Counted from the first letter of the stretch, positions 7,169 through 16,408 are shown. The stretch: 20,331 bases of DNA from an uncultured virus (IMG/VR IMGVR_UViG_3300049825_000444) (IMGVR_UViG_3300049825_000444); one strand, 5' to 3'. The notes: a model not told the origin generated them from the sequence alone. Made by a program: numbers and translations.

Positions 7169-7306
7169 ATGAACCAAGGTATTTGCTTAGAATGTAAAGA
7201 GTGGACAGATCCTGAAGAATCATGTTGTGGTGCTGGAGTTGTGGTAGAAGGATCAATTATTTTTGAAAGTGAGGAAGAAAATGAAATTAATAATGAAAAG
7301 AAATAA
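7169..7306 (+). CDS. small Cys-rich, acidic protein
   Basis: AAGGA RBS before ATG 7169; CLEC...CCG. Confidence 0.6.
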   Translation: MNQGICLECKEWTDPEESCCGAGVVVEGSIIFESEEENEINNEKK

Positions 7307-7445
7307 CTCAAAGTTTGAACAAGTTTTTCAAAGCAAGGTGCTAATGCTTCAAAAAATTAAGCAATTAGAGTCACAAGGCTTTACTATTGTTGAAATTATA
7401 GAAGATGTTCCCCATGTATATTTTCCTAACCCTTTGGTCCACTAG
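7293..7445 (+). CDS. small hypothetical protein
   Basis: Coupled ORF filling the gap; start uncertain. Confidence 0.5.
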   Translation: MKRNNSKFEQVFQSKVLMLQKIKQLESQGFTIVEIIEDVPHVYFPNPLVH

Positions 7446-7456
7446 GAGTAAATAAT

Positions 7457-8029
7457 ATGAAAATTAATACTGATATGATTTCAAAAATGAATCCATGTTC
7501 TGATAGATTTAATAATTTTAAAACTAGCTATCCAGATTTTAATGGTGAATTACATGAATTCTTAAGTTTAGAAAATATTACTTATGATGATAAAGTGTGG
7601 GTATCTGTTAGACTATTAAACAAGAATCAATTAGTTCAATGGTCTATTTTTTGTGCTGAATCTGTAAAACATATATTTGAAACTAAATATCCTGAAAATA
7701 AATGTTTATCTGAATTATTGGATTATTTAAAGTCTATAAATAATTTTGAAAATCTAAGTCAAGAACAAAAAGGCAAAATTCAAAAATTGAGATATGCTGC
7801 TGCTGTTGCTGCTTATGCTGCTTATGCTGCTGATTATGCTGCTTATGCTGCTGCTTATGCTGCTGCTTATGCTGCTGATTATGCTGCTGCTTATGCTGCT
7901 GCTTATGCTGCTGATTATGCTGCTGCTTATGCTGCTGATTATGCTGCTGATGCTGCTGTTAAAAAAGAAGAACAAAGAAATTTAAATTTATTGTATTTAG
8001 CTTCACTAATCGAAACAAACAAGGAGTAA
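7457..8029 (+). CDS. phage protein with Ala/Tyr/Asp low-complexity repeat
   Basis: AGGAG RBS; globular N-terminus (NPC...DKVW...FCAESV) followed by an AAY/ADY tract. Confidence 0.85.
   Translation: MKINTDMISKMNPCSDRFNNFKTSYPDFNGELHEFLSLENITYDDKVWVSVRLLNKNQLVQWSIFCAESVKHIFETKYPENKCLSELLDYLKSINNFENLSQEQKGKIQKLRYAAAVAAYAAYAADYAAYAAAYAAAYAADYAAAYAAAYAADYAAAYAADYAADAAVKKEEQRNLNLLYLASLIETNKE
7793..7960 (+). repeat. coding low-complexity repeat of GCT/TAT/GAT/GTT codons
   Basis: 56 codons drawn from only four T-ending codons; mostly 9-12 bp units. Confidence 0.95.
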
Positions 8030-8032
8030 TTT

Positions 8033-8506
8033 ATGAAAAAACTATTATACACATTTGCTTTCCTAGCCCTGTCATCTTGTGCCAATAACTTAGGTACCAG
8101 TAATGACATTGGTCGTAGACTTGACGAGCTAGAGCGTCAATTCCAGGTATTAAAACAAAATCTAGATTTAACACTCAACACTGTGACACAGCTTCAGTTT
8201 AGTCAAGGGAATCAGGATTCTTTGATTGCAAGTCTACAGACACAAGCAAATTCACAGCAAATTCTTTTGACACAGCTACAGACACAAGAGTCTATTGTTC
8301 AAATTAAAGATGTTTGTGGTACATATCCTGGTGTGTACAATGAAGTAATGTTAAAAACAAAATCTGGAAAATACATTGCGTATTTTGAACAGCATGGAAA
8401 TAGATTTTTAGTTCAGCTAACTCCAGGATCATACAAAACGACCGATAGCACAAATTGTTACTTCACAATTAATTCAAACGGTGAACTAGTCAATGAACAT
8501 TACTAA
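8033..8506 (+). CDS. putative lipoprotein with coiled-coil
   Basis: Signal peptide with lipobox-like LSSC; Q/L-rich heptad region; C-terminal domain with two Cys. Confidence 0.75.
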   Translation: MKKLLYTFAFLALSSCANNLGTSNDIGRRLDELERQFQVLKQNLDLTLNTVTQLQFSQGNQDSLIASLQTQANSQQILLTQLQTQESIVQIKDVCGTYPGVYNEVMLKTKSGKYIAYFEQHGNRFLVQLTPGSYKTTDSTNCYFTINSNGELVNEHY

Positions 8507-8783
8507 GCTAACAATTATCTTTTTATGCGTTACTTTCCTAACCCCTTGTCTTGTTCACTCTGAACAGGACTTGTGGGTAGATGTAACTCATACTTTAGAA
8601 TGTAAACAAATAGGTTACGAAGTGAATAATGAATGTTACTTTGGTCCTAATGATTACCAGGTGCGTTCTTTCCTTACCTATGAAAAAAAGCTTTGGGATA
8701 GTGTAAAATATACTTGGCTTTTTAATCATGGAAAAAGTAAAGATGAGTTAGATGACAACCCTTATTATAAGGATTTAAGATAA
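8493..8783 (+). CDS. putative secreted protein
   Basis: N-terminal signal-like hydrophobic segment. Confidence 0.65.
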   Translation: MNITKLTIIFLCVTFLTPCLVHSEQDLWVDVTHTLECKQIGYEVNNECYFGPNDYQVRSFLTYEKKLWDSVKYTWLFNHGKSKDELDDNPYYKDLR

Positions 8784-8890
8784 TGATTGATTTACTTATA
8801 TACTCAATTATAATCTTATTTATAACAATACCTTGTATTATATTATTAATTGCTTTAGTTATTACAAGTTTAAACGATGAGGACTTATAA
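8783..8890 (+). CDS. small membrane peptide (35 aa)
   Basis: TAATG overlaps at both ends; AAGGA RBS; hydrophobic. Confidence 0.55.
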   Translation: MIDLLIYSIIILFITIPCIILLIALVITSLNDEDL

Positions 8891-9015
8891 TGTTAAATGT
8901 ATATTACAATGACAAGTTAAACCTACTAGGCGTACTCTTTCCTAACCGCTTGCTTAAAGTTCAAGAAGATGGTAATATATTTATGGTACTAACAAAAGAA
9001 TGGAAGATTTTATGA
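8890..9015 (+). CDS. small hypothetical protein (41 aa)
   Basis: GAGGA RBS; coupled at both ends. Confidence 0.55.
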   Translation: MLNVYYNDKLNLLGVLFPNRLLKVQEDGNIFMVLTKEWKIL

Positions 9016-9230
9016 TTATTTTAGGAATTATATTATATTTAACAATTGGATATTTTATAATTGCATTCATTGAAAGATTCACTAAAGAAAAAGAAGAATT
9101 ATTTTATTTATTAGTAATTTTTTTCCCTTTTGTTTTATTTGGTTTGATATTTGTGTCTATTGGTTTTATTTTTAAAAAAATTTTAGATAGTGAACCAAGT
9201 AAATTACGTAAATGGATTAGAGGTTTTTAA
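9012..9230 (+). CDS. membrane protein with two TM segments
   Basis: Two hydrophobic segments; start at 9000 or 9012. Confidence 0.7.
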   Translation: MIILGIILYLTIGYFIIAFIERFTKEKEELFYLLVIFFPFVLFGLIFVSIGFIFKKILDSEPSKLRKWIRGF

Positions 9231-9297
9231 TATGATCACAACAAGTTATGTTTTATTTTAAAACAAGAAACTATGGAAAAAAACGGAGAATACTATT

Positions 9298-9630
9298 ATG
9301 TTTAATAAAGAATTATACATTAATAGACCCTTAAATAGAAAGTCTAAAGGATTATACTATGCTGGATCAAACAAATGGAGACTAAGAGAAGTTATTGTAA
9401 ATGCTTGGGAATTAGGTTTACTTAGATGTGGATATTGTAACCATAGATTTAATCTCATTAGTAATGACTACCCAACTTTAGATCATATTATACCTAAGTC
9501 TCAAAATGGTTCACATAATATTTTGAACTTGACACCATGTTGTAATAAATGTAATGTTAATAAAGGTTCTCAAACTTGGAAAGTTAAATACCCCACCCAA
9601 TTTTTTGGGGTAGAAGGAAAAACAAAATGA
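9298..9630 (+). CDS. HNH endonuclease
   Basis: CGYC...TLDHIIPKSQNG...NL...CNKCN..K motif. Confidence 0.9.
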   Translation: MFNKELYINRPLNRKSKGLYYAGSNKWRLREVIVNAWELGLLRCGYCNHRFNLISNDYPTLDHIIPKSQNGSHNILNLTPCCNKCNVNKGSQTWKVKYPTQFFGVEGKTK

Positions 9631-10559
9631 AAGAATTGATCGTCCTTTGTGGCCCACCAGGTAGCGGGAAAAGCACATGGGCTAAAAATTTCATTAAACA
9701 TGAACTTAATTCTTATCATTATGTGAATCAAGATAGCCATGGTAAAGACGATCATAAGAGACTATTCAATTTAGCTTTAGATTGTGGAGCTAATGTAATA
9801 GTAGATAGAATGGGATTTAATAAAGAACAAAGACAACGATACCTAGCTCCAGCAAAAGTTTTAGGATACAGAACCAGGATTGTTGTTTTACACCAACCTA
9901 AACAAGTGTGTTATGACAGGATTATTGCTAGAGAAGGACATGAAACTATTAAAGCCGGGGACACCGCTACAGCCGGAAAGGTTCTTCATTTCTTTTTTAA
10001 GAATTATGAAAGACCGACACAAGATGAAGCAGATCAAATTCAGTTTGTTTATCCTGGTGGACCGAAAACTAAAGCTGTAATTTTTGATCTTGACGGTACT
10101 TTATGCAATATTGATCATCGTCTTCATTATGTAAAAGGACCTGGAAAAAAAGATTGGAAAAATTTTTTATCTAATGTCGATAAAGATAATGTTAACGAAT
10201 GGTGTAGACAATTGATAAAATCTATGGATGCATTAAAATATAAAATTGTTTATTGTTCTGGTCGTGGTCAAGAATATAAAGATAAAACTACAAAATGGTT
10301 AGGATCAAATGAATTATATGAATATTGTAATGAAGTAGCTAAAGATAAAAACGGTGATTATTATTTAAAAGAAGAACATCTCTATATGAGAGAACGTGGT
10401 GATCATAGAACTGATTATATTATTAAAGAAATTATCTTAGATTTTGAACTATTGACAAGATTCGAAATATTGTTTACAGTAGATGATAGAAAGCAAGTAG
10501 TGGACATGTGGCGTCGTCGAGGTATTACTTGTTTGCATTGTGCCGAAGGGGATTTTTAA
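9627..10559 (+). CDS. pseT: polynucleotide 5'-kinase/3'-phosphatase (T4 PseT/Pnkp-like)
   Basis: P-loop GPPGSGKST kinase fused to HAD phosphatase (FDLDGTL, SGR, VDDR). Confidence 0.92.
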   Translation: MKELIVLCGPPGSGKSTWAKNFIKHELNSYHYVNQDSHGKDDHKRLFNLALDCGANVIVDRMGFNKEQRQRYLAPAKVLGYRTRIVVLHQPKQVCYDRIIAREGHETIKAGDTATAGKVLHFFFKNYERPTQDEADQIQFVYPGGPKTKAVIFDLDGTLCNIDHRLHYVKGPGKKDWKNFLSNVDKDNVNEWCRQLIKSMDALKYKIVYCSGRGQEYKDKTTKWLGSNELYEYCNEVAKDKNGDYYLKEEHLYMRERGDHRTDYIIKEIILDFELLTRFEILFTVDDRKQVVDMWRRRGITCLHCAEGDF

Positions 10560-10699
10560 TGGATGATAACAAAAGAGTTATGAATGCTGCTTTAGAAGAA
10601 CTTGAAGCTCAACGTAGAATCATTACTAAACTTGAAATTGAAAACGATGAGTTAAAAAAGAAGATTAAAGATTTGTTAAAAGAAAAGGAATTAAAATGA
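10559..10699 (+). CDS. small coiled-coil protein
   Basis: TAATG overlap, ATG 10559; heptad pattern. Confidence 0.6.
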   Translation: MDDNKRVMNAALEELEAQRRIITKLEIENDELKKKIKDLLKEKELK

Positions 10700-11193
10700 T
10701 TTGGATTTTATTAGTAGTATTTCAATTTAAACATTTCATTGCTGATTACCCTCTTCAAGGTAAATACATGTTAGGTAAGTTTAAAGATAAAGAATGGCAA
10801 CTTCCTTTAGCTGCTCATTGTGGAGTACATTTTTTATTTACTTTTGTTATTAGTTTTTTAACTTTATATAATAACTATAGATACATTAAAGGAGAATCAC
10901 AATTAGGATTATTAATTATTTTATCAACAGGATTAGCTTTAATAGATTTCAAAATTCATTTTATTATGGATAGAATTAAAGCAAGTCCTAAGATGCTTGG
11001 TCAATATCAAAACTTTACTAAAAAAGAATTTGAAAAAGAGATTTTACCTTTAATGCAAGGTGGAGAATGTTATGAAATGGAAGTAAAGAGTCGTTTAAAA
11101 TCTAATACTTTATTTTGGTGGTCACTTGGTTTAGATCAAATGGTACATCATTTAACAGATATTCTAATTATTTATTTACTAATGAGTTTATAA
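10696..11193 (+). CDS. DUF3307-like membrane protein
   Basis: HFIADYPLQ, H-x-x-x-H, HFIMD and DQMVH motifs with TM segments. Confidence 0.8.
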   Translation: MIWILLVVFQFKHFIADYPLQGKYMLGKFKDKEWQLPLAAHCGVHFLFTFVISFLTLYNNYRYIKGESQLGLLIILSTGLALIDFKIHFIMDRIKASPKMLGQYQNFTKKEFEKEILPLMQGGECYEMEVKSRLKSNTLFWWSLGLDQMVHHLTDILIIYLLMSL

Positions 11194-11582
11194 TGAAAAA
11201 TAATTTTAATGTATTTGGTGATGTTGTAGGAAATGAATTAACGTTAAAAGCTCTTTTAGCTAAAATGCCACAAGATGCTGAAGCCCTTTGCTTAGGTGAT
11301 CCTAATGACCGTGGACCTAGATCTAAACAGGTTATTGAATTTTTAATGCAAAATGGTAGAACAGTATTTTCTAATCATACACATATGTTTACAGAAGAGT
11401 GGAAGCAATCTGCTATGCCTGGGGCTTATCCTAGATATTATGACTCAAATATTTTCTTTGGTAATGGTGGTGAATACACAATGAAATCTTATGCTGATAG
11501 TCCAGTATGGAGAGCTAAAGAAAATTTTTTTAATTGGATTAAAAGAGTTTACAATTTTAATTTTGGAGAAAATTATGGATAG
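11193..11582 (+). pseudogene. truncated calcineurin-like metallophosphoesterase
   Basis: GDVVG (DxH His absent), LGDPNDRG and SNH motifs; only 129 aa, C-terminal His motifs missing. Confidence 0.65.
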
Positions 11583-12696
11583 TACGTTTAAAGTTCCTTT
11601 GACTAAAGTTTTAAAAGTAGAAGATCATCCAAATGCTGATAGATTATCTTTAGCTACAGTTTATGGATTTCAAATTATTATTAGCAGAAATCAATATTCT
11701 GTTGGTGAGTCAGTAATCTATATCCCAATTGATTCAATTATTGATGGTAAATTAGAACAGATTCTATTTCCACCAGATGCTAAAGTTCGACCTAGTAATG
11801 GTCGTATTCGGCAAATTAAATTACGAGGTTTAGCAAGTCAGGGATTACTAGTAAATCCTAAAGATGTTGAATCTATCGTTAACACTAAATATTTAAAACA
11901 AGAACAAGACGTTGCTGCAATTTTAGGTATTACTAAATATGAACCACCAGTAGCAGAAATTCAAGTTTTAAAGAAAGATAAAAAACAAAGAAAAAATCTA
12001 CCTAATCCAAATTTTCATAGCTATAACGGTCTTACTAACTTAAAATGGATGCCTAATCTTTTTGATAGTAAAGAAGTTGTTATCCAGGAAAAAATTCATG
12101 GAATGAATGCAAGAGCCGCATTACTACCTAGACCAGTAAGAACTTTTTGGGATAAAGTTAAAAAACTATTTGGTTATTTCAATTACTGGGAATATGTTTA
12201 TGGTTCTAATAACGTAGATATTACTAATAAGAAGGAATATGTTGGATACTATCAGAGAGATATTCATGGTGAAGTATTTAATAAATTAGATTATCAAAAT
12301 AAACTTTTGCCAAATGAAATTATCTATGGAGAAATTTATGGACCGGGTATTCAAGAAAATTATGATTATGGTTTAACAGAACCTAAATTTATTTTATTTG
12401 ATGTTAAAAAATTTAAAGATGATGGTACTCATTATTGGTTAGATCCTGAACAAGTTGAAGTTTTTACTAAAGAACGTGGTTTTGATATGGTTCCAGTATT
12501 ATATAAAGGAATTTATAATAAAGAATTAGCTAAACAATTAGCACAAGGACCAAGTGTATTACATCCTGATGAACCAGTAAGAGAGGGTTGTGTTGTTAAA
12601 TTATCAGAGAATTATTCACTGGATGGTAACAAACAAGCTTTAAAAGTTATTTCAGAAGAATATTTGGCTAATAACAAAAACAGTGATAATCACTAG
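11575..12696 (+). CDS. ATP-dependent RNA ligase (DRB0094/Rnl5-like)
   Basis: N-terminal HPNADRL OB-like domain; motifs EKIHGMN, YGEIYG, LFDV, EGCVVK, KVISEEY; GGAG RBS before ATG 11575. Confidence 0.9.
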   Translation: MDSTFKVPLTKVLKVEDHPNADRLSLATVYGFQIIISRNQYSVGESVIYIPIDSIIDGKLEQILFPPDAKVRPSNGRIRQIKLRGLASQGLLVNPKDVESIVNTKYLKQEQDVAAILGITKYEPPVAEIQVLKKDKKQRKNLPNPNFHSYNGLTNLKWMPNLFDSKEVVIQEKIHGMNARAALLPRPVRTFWDKVKKLFGYFNYWEYVYGSNNVDITNKKEYVGYYQRDIHGEVFNKLDYQNKLLPNEIIYGEIYGPGIQENYDYGLTEPKFILFDVKKFKDDGTHYWLDPEQVEVFTKERGFDMVPVLYKGIYNKELAKQLAQGPSVLHPDEPVREGCVVKLSENYSLDGNKQALKVISEEYLANNKNSDNH

Positions 12697-12704
12697 GAGT
12701 TGGT

Positions 12705-12938
12705 ATGGAATGGGTTTACGGTAATCATAGAAATTTAGGATGGGGTGGAGCGTTAGTTGATATTAAAAATAATTATGAAACTATTGATTTTTATCCAGAA
12801 TTTGAACAAAAATCAGATGTCAAACATTTTTGGACAAACCGTAAACATGTATTAAGACTAAAGAATATGTCGTTATTTAAATATGTTAAATTGCTATTGA
12901 CTGGAATTAAGTTGTATAATAAACTAGGACAATATTAG
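12705..12938 (+). CDS. hypothetical protein
   Basis: AGGAG RBS. Confidence 0.7.
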   Translation: MEWVYGNHRNLGWGGALVDIKNNYETIDFYPEFEQKSDVKHFWTNRKHVLRLKNMSLFKYVKLLLTGIKLYNKLGQY

Positions 12939-12945
12939 GAGATAC

Positions 12946-13158
12946 ATGAACACACTTAAACAATATATTACAGACAAAACAAAAAGAAGCTCTTACACAT
13001 GGAGTGGTGGTCCAGACTATTCACCAGATGATTACGCAAATGAAGGACAACTTGCTTTAGCGCAGGAAATTCTGTTATTATTAAACAAACTAGATAATAA
13101 AAAAGAAGAATCTGATATGGAATGGCTTAATGTAAAACTTTTCACATATAAAGGATAA
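12946..13158 (+). CDS. hypothetical protein
   Basis: AGGAG RBS. Confidence 0.7.
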   Translation: MNTLKQYITDKTKRSSYTWSGGPDYSPDDYANEGQLALAQEILLLLNKLDNKKEESDMEWLNVKLFTYKG

Positions 13159-13162
13159 AATC

Positions 13163-13357
13163 ATGAAAATTATTGATTTTGTAAATCAATTTAATTATAC
13201 AATGAACGGTGCTACCGAAACTTTATCACAAGCAGAACTAGATGAACTTCATGTTTTAGTTTCAAGTATGATGCTTGATAACTGTGGAACCATTTCATCT
13301 TTTACTTTAACTGACAAAGGGCAAATAGAATTGGAGAATTCTAATGACAAAACATGA
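13163..13357 (+). CDS. hypothetical protein
   Basis: AAGGA RBS. Confidence 0.7.
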   Translation: MKIIDFVNQFNYTMNGATETLSQAELDELHVLVSSMMLDNCGTISSFTLTDKGQIELENSNDKT

Positions 13358-13517
13358 TTTAGTTGCTTGTTTATTTTTAATCACCAACCTTGTTCTTGGT
13401 TATGCATTTAATATTGATATTGTAACTACTTTAATTCTTACAGGATTAAACTCATTGTTTATGATATTATACGCAGCAACATTTTATCTATATAAGTTAA
13501 ATGAAAAAGAAAATTAG
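13344..13517 (+). CDS. small membrane protein (57 aa)
   Basis: GGAG RBS; MTKHDLVACLFL...; two hydrophobic segments; fills the gap. Confidence 0.6.
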   Translation: MTKHDLVACLFLITNLVLGYAFNIDIVTTLILTGLNSLFMILYAATFYLYKLNEKEN

Positions 13518-13734
13518 ACCTTTAGGATCTATTCTATTAGATTTAGAAATCATTCTGGATGAGATGATAGATTCTCATGAATTACAAGAAGGTGATTTAT
13601 ATGGGTTGATTTTTTCTCATATTGATATACATAGACCCGATATCAAAGAAAAATATGTTGACGGTGGCTCTCCTTTTAGGTATTATGGATCTATAGAAGG
13701 CCTTCAAACTATTTTAAATAGGAGTAAAAAATGA
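13501..13734 (+). CDS. hypothetical protein
   Basis: Coupled ORF, 77 aa. Confidence 0.75.
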   Translation: MKKKIRPLGSILLDLEIILDEMIDSHELQEGDLYGLIFSHIDIHRPDIKEKYVDGGSPFRYYGSIEGLQTILNRSKK

Positions 13735-14738
13735 TTGGATACAAAGCTACCGACAAAGATGGGAAATGTCGAGATTTTACTTTTAAAGTGGGTAAAACAT
13801 ATAAACAGAGTGGTAATTTAAAAATTTGTGAAAATGGATTTCATTTTTGTGGAAATATACTAGATGTATATAATTATTATCCTAGATCTGTGGACACTAG
13901 AATTTTTAAAGTTCAAGCTTTATCTGATGTTCAAACTGAAGGAGATAAATCAGTAACACTGACTTTAAAAGTTTTAGAAGAATTAACTGAAAAAGAAATC
14001 TTAAATATTTGGATTAATAAAAATAATTCTGGCGACAGGAATTCTGGCGACTGGAATTCTGGCAACAGGAATTCTGGCGACTGGAATTCTGGCTACGGGA
14101 ATTCTGGCAACAGGAATTCTGGCTACGGGAATTCTGGCGACTGGAATTCTGGCTACGGGAATTCTGGCGACGGGAATTCTGGCGACGGGAATTCTGGCTA
14201 CGGGAATTCTGGCAACAGGAATTCTGGCTACGGGAATTCTGGCAACAGGAATTCTGGCGACTGGAATTCTGGCGACGGGAATTCTGGCTACGGGAATTCT
14301 GGCAACAGGAATTCTGGCGACTGGAATTCTGGCTACGGGAATTCTGGCTACTTTAATACAGAAATTCCCTTATATTTTTTTAACAAACCGTCAACAATCC
14401 TGTATACTAAAGAACTTGAAAATAAACTAAGAAACTTAAATGTAAAACCAATCTTGACATATACTTATTCGGCTGAAATGACAGAACAAGAAAAAAATGA
14501 CAATCCTTCACATAAAACTACTGGTGGATTTTTACGCAAAACTCAAAGAATGAATTGGAATTTTTTAACAGAAGAAGATAAATCTTTAATTTTATCTTTA
14601 CCTAACTATGACGATGATATCTTTGAAAAAATTTCAGGTATTAGATTATTAATACCCAAAACAATCAAAATAACAGTAAATGGTGTTGAAAAAGAGCTAG
14701 AATATTCTAAAGCTAAAGAACTAGGTTTGGTGGACTAA
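13731..14738 (+). CDS. NSGxx pentapeptide-repeat phage protein
   Basis: N-terminal GYK...C..GFHFC domain, 22 NSG[DNY][RWGF] repeats, C-terminal TTGGFL...LPNYD domain. Confidence 0.88.
   Translation: MIGYKATDKDGKCRDFTFKVGKTYKQSGNLKICENGFHFCGNILDVYNYYPRSVDTRIFKVQALSDVQTEGDKSVTLTLKVLEELTEKEILNIWINKNNSGDRNSGDWNSGNRNSGDWNSGYGNSGNRNSGYGNSGDWNSGYGNSGDGNSGDGNSGYGNSGNRNSGYGNSGNRNSGDWNSGDGNSGYGNSGNRNSGDWNSGYGNSGYFNTEIPLYFFNKPSTILYTKELENKLRNLNVKPILTYTYSAEMTEQEKNDNPSHKTTGGFLRKTQRMNWNFLTEEDKSLILSLPNYDDDIFEKISGIRLLIPKTIKITVNGVEKELEYSKAKELGLVD
14025..14354 (+). repeat. 22 x 15-bp tandem repeat AATTCTGGC(G/A/T)AC(A/T/G)GG
   Basis: Directly visible; last unit ends in TTT. Confidence 0.97.
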
Positions 14739-14739
14739 T

Positions 14740-14997
14740 ATGGGAATTTGGCAAGAAGAAGAGATAAGCTTTAATGAAAAATACACAGATCAACCTTATA
14801 TTGTTAGTATTGAGTATAAAGTATATCCAAATAGTTTAGACTTAAAATCCTGGAAGCTTTTAGATCCCATTACACACAAAGAAATTCTGATTCAGGATAA
14901 AGAATTTTCTTCTCAAGTGGAAAAATATGTATTAGACTATATGGAACACAAAGAGAATCATTTTTATTTTGATGAGGAAATGTTTTATGGGTATTAA
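14740..14997 (+). CDS. hypothetical protein
   Basis: Coupled ORF, 85 aa. Confidence 0.7.
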   Translation: MGIWQEEEISFNEKYTDQPYIVSIEYKVYPNSLDLKSWKLLDPITHKEILIQDKEFSSQVEKYVLDYMEHKENHFYFDEEMFYGY

Positions 14998-15331
14998 TAT
15001 TTCTTTATATAGACTAACTTATGATAAAAAGATTGGGAAATTAGATTTTATCAAAGATAACTCGTTTAATTCTATTAGACAGGGTATTGATAACCATGTC
15101 AATTCAGAATTGTCAAAACTATATTTAAGTCCCTACTGTGATTGTGTTTACAGTTATCATGAGCAATTTTGGCGACCAGTAGATGTGGAGTCGGCTAAAC
15201 TTTGGGCTTTTGATAAAGCTAAAGAACTTAAAATGGATAGTGCTCATGATAGATGGGTTCTCGCATTTCATAAAATACAAAATGATATGACTTATTGGTT
15301 TCAACCTCTTATTAAGGAATTTTATGCTTGA
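14987..15331 (+). CDS. hypothetical protein
   Basis: GAGGA RBS; start likely ATG 14987. Confidence 0.7.
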   Translation: MGINISLYRLTYDKKIGKLDFIKDNSFNSIRQGIDNHVNSELSKLYLSPYCDCVYSYHEQFWRPVDVESAKLWAFDKAKELKMDSAHDRWVLAFHKIQNDMTYWFQPLIKEFYA

Positions 15332-15500
15332 TTATCTAGTTAGTGTGATTATTATATCCTGTGGACTTAAATCTACAGACTTATCTAATGCTCAACTAAA
15401 ATGTATGGATTATTTTAATAATTGTGCTGTAAAATACAATAAAGAACTTGAGAAGCAGGATATTGAAAAGTGTAAAAAGGATTTTTATAAATATGAATAA
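15324..15500 (+). CDS. small Cys-containing secreted or lipoprotein-like protein (58 aa)
   Basis: AAGGA RBS; MLDYLVSVIIISCG...QLKCMDYFNNC...KC. Confidence 0.65.
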   Translation: MLDYLVSVIIISCGLKSTDLSNAQLKCMDYFNNCAVKYNKELEKQDIEKCKKDFYKYE

Positions 15501-15867
15501 TATTATAGAAATTGAAATTGTATTATTAACTAAATTAGTTTTTGTCTTGTATTCTGATAAAACATCTAAAGAATTTAATTTAGATGACTTTAAAGCTAAA
15601 GCTTTTATGACAGATAAAATAACTAAAATTACCGTTTGGGATACTTATTTTCCTGTATATTATAAAAACTGGACATCTTTTATTTCAGACAATTCTTGGT
15701 TTTCAAATAATGGTTGGTTAGTTGGTACTGAAGCTCTACCACAAGGAACCGCTATTTTTGGTGAAGATAAACTAAGAAACCAAGACTTATGTGCTCATGA
15801 ATATGTAGATGTAGGATTTCAATTTACAAAAATGGTATGTAAAAAATGCGATAAGGAGTTAAAATGA
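15493..15867 (+). CDS. hypothetical protein with C-terminal zinc-finger-like motif
   Basis: CAH...CKKC; ATG 15493 with AAGGA RBS. Confidence 0.7.
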   Translation: MNNIIEIEIVLLTKLVFVLYSDKTSKEFNLDDFKAKAFMTDKITKITVWDTYFPVYYKNWTSFISDNSWFSNNGWLVGTEALPQGTAIFGEDKLRNQDLCAHEYVDVGFQFTKMVCKKCDKELK

Positions 15868-16067
15868 AAAAAGTAGTTTTAAATATTTCCGTAGCACTTT
15901 TAACTATATCATTAATCTGTGTATTAGTGTACACAATGTTTACATATCCTTATATTTTTGCTTATGGATTTGCTATTTTTTTAACTTTTTGTGGAACAAT
16001 AGCTATTTTAGACAATTTAAATGCTTTAGGTGAAGCTATAATTAATTTTTTTAAAAATGAAAAATAA
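15864..16067 (+). CDS. membrane protein with two TM segments
   Basis: AAGGAG RBS; two hydrophobic segments. Confidence 0.7.
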   Translation: MKKVVLNISVALLTISLICVLVYTMFTYPYIFAYGFAIFLTFCGTIAILDNLNALGEAIINFFKNEK

Positions 16068-16242
16068 GAAAATACTTTTAAGTTTAATCTTGATTTTAGT
16101 ACCTGGATCTGGTATAATATACGGAAGTCATCTCTTATATAAGATACTTAAAAAGAAACCTAGAACATATCAGGATTTTTTAAAAGAACTAAGAAAGGAA
16201 GCTGGACTTGAAAACAAAAATAACACCTCTGGATCTTTCTAA
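16057..16242 (+). CDS. small membrane-anchored protein
   Basis: Hydrophobic N-terminus, basic tail. Confidence 0.6.
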   Translation: MKNKKILLSLILILVPGSGIIYGSHLLYKILKKKPRTYQDFLKELRKEAGLENKNNTSGSF

Positions 16243-16408
16243 AATTAGTGAACAAGCTATTTCTTTTTATAAAGACGAGTCACCTGGAGATCTTAGTCAT
16301 GAACAATTTAGAGCACAATGCTTTTTAAAAGCGAGTCTTGGTGTATTACAAATTAACGGAAGTATTGAATTCCCTTATAGAAAAAATACGGAGAGTGTAG
16401 ATGAGTAA
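16208..16408 (+). CDS. hypothetical protein
   Basis: TTG start with AAGGA RBS. Confidence 0.6.
   Translation: MKTKITPLDLSKISEQAISFYKDESPGDLSHEQFRAQCFLKASLGVLQINGSIEFPYRKNTESVDE

Noticed and set aside
7754..7985. ORFs 7754..7975 (-, poly-Ser/Ile) and 7794..7985 (+, poly-Leu/Met)
   Set aside because: Shadow frames created by the GCT/TAT repeat inside the real gene 7457..8029
7108..10080. ORFs 7108..7311 (-), 9570..9755 (-) and 9880..10080 (+)
   Set aside because: Overlap better-supported genes (SET and its neighbour, HNH, Pnkp) and lack RBS or motifs
14025..14354. Tandem repeat as a CRISPR array or DGR variable region
   Set aside because: No unique spacers and it is in-frame coding; the AAT adenines are invariant, and no template repeat or reverse transcriptase is present in the window
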